A stretch of DNA of 63,044 bases, filler included, from Perkinsus chesapeaki ATCC PRA-425 (lineage: Eukaryota > Protista > Perkinsozoa), in assembly GCA_013115145.1 (NCBI GenBank). It is 7 parts of 7 records of this genome, joined end to end, with 100 filler letters (N's around TTAATTAATTAA, not from the genome) between each part and the next. Parts side by side here need not be neighbours in the genome. Positions count along the whole stretch, not along the records: positions 41,828 to 60,123 come from JAAPAO010000669.1; positions 60,224 to 61,921 come from JAAPAO010001820.1; positions 62,022 to 63,044 come from JAAPAO010002269.1; 4 more parts are not named here. One strand, 5' to 3'. Below the pieces are notes generated by a model. It ran no database searches and was not told where the DNA came from. It worked only from the letters and a program-made list of their open reading frames with translations. Shown piece after piece: positions 59,339-63,044 of the stretch (the first letter of the stretch is position 1; every line of letters starts with the position of its first letter). Made by a program: the position numbers and the translations under genes.

Positions 59339-60123
59339 ATGAAGATTAAGAGGCAAAAATCTCACCGTAAAGTGATGCGATTCTACCAGACCGTCTTTGG
59401 TTTCCAAGAGCCTTACAGAGCCCTAATCGATGGCACCTTTATCAATGCGGCCTTGAAGTCGAAGGTTCATATTAAAGAGCAGCTGCCGAAGCTGTTGGGA
59501 GCTCGAACAACCCCGGTGGTTACCGAATGCGTAGGTGTCATTTTCATACCGTATTTCTCTGTATTGCCAAAACTTTTCAGGTATACCAGGAGCTTCGAGA
59601 TTTGGGTGCAGACTTCTCGGGAAGCGCTATTATTGCTCGCGGATACTACCGCCTCAAGTGTGGCCATGCAAAGGGAGAGTGGGTTCGGCAAAAATGGTAT
59701 TCGTGAATCGCTTCGCTCCGCTTTAGATGCTCAGCAGCAGATTGTATAGTGAAGCAGCTCGGCACTAACAACCCGAAGCAGTATTTAGTGTGTAGGTTTT
59801 TTAGAGGTTCCGAGTTCGATTCCCGGTAGCGGTATTTTAGGTACACAAGATAAGGCTCTTCGGGAACGAGTCCGCCATGTGCCAGGTGCTGGGCTCATAC
59901 TACTGCACGGTGGACAGGTAAGATTCTACACAGTGCGAAAGATATCATTGGAGGTAGGTGCCCATTGTTGAGCAACCGAGCGATGCGTCATTGAGGATAG
60001 CAAGGAAGCAAGAGAATGGTGGGTTGGTAGAGGGGGGGGCGTTGTACGAAAGAGGAGGAGATATAATAGAAAGGAGTTTGATAGGAAATATGTTACTAGT
60101 GATACGGAGGAGGAGATATAATA
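59339..60123 (+). CDS. UTP23: rRNA-processing PIN-domain protein UTP23, 3' truncated by a gap
   Basis: MKIKRQKSHRKVMRFYQTVFGFQEPYRALIDGTF, VVTEC, RLKCGH, SAADCI, NPKQYLV|CTQDKALRERVRHVPG. Confidence 0.9.
59792..59840 (+). other. tRNA 3'-half fragment (sense) forming a 49-nt UTP23 intron
   Basis: GTAGGTTTTTTAGAGGTTCCGAGTTCGATTCCCGGTAGCGGTATTTTAG. Splicing restores YLVCTQD. Confidence 0.72.
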
Positions 60124-60375
60124 NNNNNNNNNNNNNNNNNNNNNNNNNNNNNNNNNNNNNNNNNNNNTTAATTAATTAANNNNNNNNNNNNNNNNNNNNN
60201 NNNNNNNNNNNNNNNNNNNNNNNCACGGCAGGACTGCACATCTTCTCTGACAAATGAAGTAAATGATGCATTACGTGCCGTCCCTCGTTTTTCCCGTACT
60301 ATTTCGAGTAGTCATATAGTATCGAGTTGTATATTTTCAAAAGAAAACTTAAAAAGAAAGAAAAGAGGCCATTGT

Positions 60376-61921
60376 TTGTTAAAAGAAAAGAAGAAGAAAA
60401 GACAAAAGAGGGGAGACAGGCCCGATGAAAAAAAAGAAAAGAAAAACAAACCCCCAAGTCGTACCCCGACAGATGGGGGTGGTGCTCATGTTTTTAGATA
60501 CAAGCCAGGGCTCCCAGATGGTCGACATCCACATAGAGACACACAAGTGAACGACGACAATCAAGACGGCCGCCCACTGATTGGACGCGGAGTCACTTTT
60601 GAAGCTGGAACTCTTAATGTACGGTCGGCAAGATCCCGAATAAGACTTGAGAAACTTACAAAGATGATCGAGAAGGATAATACCGATGTATTGATACTCT
60701 GCGAGACTCACTGCATACTTACTGAATTTATTGCCTCTAAAAGGATCATCAATGCAGGAGAAGTGGGTATAAAAGCAGTACTGTCCACCCGATCACAGAA
60801 CCGTCTAATTTATCACAAATCATTCGGGCATAGAATCGTGGTTATGAGGTTCCACTCAAAGTTATTCCGCATCACAATTGTTGGAGTATACTGGCCAGCA
60901 CAGACATCTTCTCGACCACAGCAAGAGCATGATGACTTTGCTGCATCTCTGAACAGCGTCTTGAACGAGGTGTCCCAGAGGGACCTATTAATACTTTTGG
61001 GAGACTTCAATGCGACAGGATATAACTGGACTCTGCTATCAAACCTTATGGATTCCTTCGACTTATGCATACCTCAACAAAAAAAGTTTGGCCACCTCAA
61101 AAAGGTAGGAACGTGGTGCCCTCCAGGTCAGCCACTTGCAACGGGGAACTGTATCGACCTCCTCATCATGAGAAGATACCAGATTAATATGGTTGAGAGG
61201 ATGCAAATCAAAGAACCGTTTTTGGTAACAACGGATCACAAGATGGTCACAGCGAGATTCGGGCTACACGTAAACCGGAAATATTTGGGCAAGAAAGCCT
61301 TCAAGTCAAGCGGATCACCATTAATTACGGCGATCGAGAAACCAAAGCATCTGACGTTATTTGAGAGGCAGATGGACAGCGAAATGGGAAAACTCAATAT
61401 CGATTCGGAAAACCAAGATCTTGACATGCTCTGGCGGAAGTTCAAAGCAACACTGACGCAAAACTATAATAGAGGTGATACTCAGGAGGTAGAACTACGT
61501 GGTGACAAACCAAACGGAAAGCCAAACAGAAAGGAGAGAAACGCATATCGTGCGAATATTAAAAAGGCAATTGATGATATCAGAAGTACTTCAGTATATG
61601 ACCATCGCACAATATGGCACATCCTCCATACTAAACTAGGGGTCAAAGGCACCAAAGCGGATATACCCGCAAATCTCCAGGCGGCAGATTTCGCGAAATA
61701 TATGGAAGAGCTCTACTCACTAGATCACAGGTCTAGCGAAACAGAGAAACCAGTAACACCAGAAGGAACAAAGAATAACACTGCCGCCTTCACTGACCCG
61801 CGTAATGACCCCCTGCCACTACCGAAACCACCGGATATTAATGAAGTGTATAAGGCCGTATCGAAATTGAAAAGAGGTAGAAGCCCCGGTGTCGATGGTA
61901 TCACAGGGGATATTATCAAAC
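60376..61921 (+). mobile_element. Non-LTR retrotransposon (LINE) APE endonuclease-RT ORF, cut by a gap before the RT core
   Basis: GTLNVRS, DVLILCET, IVGVYWP, LLGDFNA, IDLL, TDH (APE motifs), then EVYKAVSKLKRGRSPGVDGI (pre-RT motif). Frame is intact up to the gap. Confidence 0.9.
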
Positions 61922-62021
61922 NNNNNNNNNNNNNNNNNNNNNNNNNNNNNNNNNNNNNNNNNNNNTTAATTAATTAANNNNNNNNNNNNNNNNNNNNNNN
62001 NNNNNNNNNNNNNNNNNNNNN

Positions 62022-62093
<72 letters not shown>

Positions 62094-62100
62094 GTGGGGT

Positions 62101-62133
<33 letters not shown>

Positions 62134-62340
62134 TCGTTGATTCACGTTAGTTTTTGCCGCCCCATCTTTGGCTGGGTGGAAAAAAATGGGAAGGGAAGGG
62201 GGAAAAAGGAAAAAGAAGAGAAAGGAGGGAAAAGGAAGGAAAGAGGGAAGGAAAAAGAAAGGAGGAGAAAGGAGGGAAAGGAGAGAGAAAAGAAAGAGAG
62301 AAGAAGGAAGAAGGAAAAGCAAGGGTCTTTTCGACATATG
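62022..62340. other. Poly-G runs and purine-rich low-complexity tract, probably partly artefactual
   Basis: About 100 G next to a gap. 62126-62168 duplicates 62914-62957. Confidence 0.7.
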
Positions 62341-63044
62341 CTTGTCGGGGATAGATCCCACCAACTGGCATGACAAACGCAAGCGATATAATAGTAAATG
62401 AGAATATTTTAGGCCATCAAGAATTCAGAACAGGAAGTTCGAGCTGCGACTCTTCATAAGTGATTTTATGGCCTTCGTGCATTACCTGGCACACAACAGT
62501 GTATGTTAGCCGACCAGTATAGCGTTATTTTCGGGCTTACATTGTCCGTCACTACAGTTCGGATGACGCCTGCGTTGGCTTGTCAAAGAATGAGAATATG
62601 TCACCCGTCCTGAATGGTCCCTATCTACATATCCCGGACGCCTAGATTGAACTCACCATCCCGACTCAGCCGCTCCCATATCACCGAAGCTATCGATAGT
62701 GAGAAATGCTGCAGCCGCGATATCCCTGAAATATGAAAGAGCTGCAAGCGAGAGATTTCTCTTAAAACAACTCACATTTCTGGAGTGCACTGCTGCGTCT
62801 CGTCCTGTTGTCTCTCGCGTCGACGGCGCTTCTTCTGATTCTTTCGCTCAGCCTTATCCGCCTCACGACGTTGCTTCAAACCGCGTAGATGAGCGAGACG
62901 ATCTTGTCAAACTGGGGGTTATCGTTGATTCACGTTAGTTTTTGCCGCCCCATCTTTCTCTCCCCAGGTACCGTGTTTGGATTCTCCTCGCATTTTCACT
63001 CCCTCCACACGAGCTCCATACTTCAGCCGATTTTCTGAAGTTCT

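Noticed and set aside
15090-59840. Calling the tRNA-like fragments functional tRNA genes
   Set aside because: None shows a complete cloverleaf with a 5' acceptor strand; they were kept as fragments.
1098-60123. Functional clustering of RNA-processing genes (capping enzyme, TilS, DBR1, UTP23)
   Set aside because: Spread over 59 kb among unrelated genes; compatible with chance in a gene-dense genome.
62022-62168. Poly-G / G-quadruplex or poly-Gly ORF, and a 43-bp duplicate of 62914-62957
   Set aside because: Abuts a gap; typical of two-colour sequencing G tails and local misassembly.

Overview
Eukaryotic nuclear scaffold from an intron-rich protist. The ~40-60 nt GT-AG introns, dense genes and secreted Cys-rich (SYCK-motif)/mucin family suggest a Perkinsus-like alveolate (inference, no marker gene in the window). 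Recognisable spliced genes: mRNA guanylyltransferase, astacin metalloprotease, a DUF924-like/TilS PP-loop fusion, a PPPDE/DeSI peptidase, DBR1, a TKL kinase, a PRA1 protein and UTP23. Also present: an intronless GH19 chitinase, a C3H1 zinc-finger protein, three secreted Cys-rich mucins, a divergent beta-tubulin-derived gene, and mobile elements (truncated Helitron-type HUH Rep with upstream tandem repeats, decayed MULE, RT remnants, a LINE cut by a gap). Six 100-bp gaps with a TTAATTAATTAA linker, one plain N gap and poly-G runs are assembly artefacts. Strongest unexplained signal: about ten tRNA 3'-half fragments (T-arm/B-box plus acceptor strand, often with a genomic TTTT and never CCA), in both orientations. 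Most make up nearly all of a short spliceosomal intron in unrelated genes, and eight cluster at 53.2-59.9 kb. Gene models were spliced and translated by eye; ends are approximate where stated.
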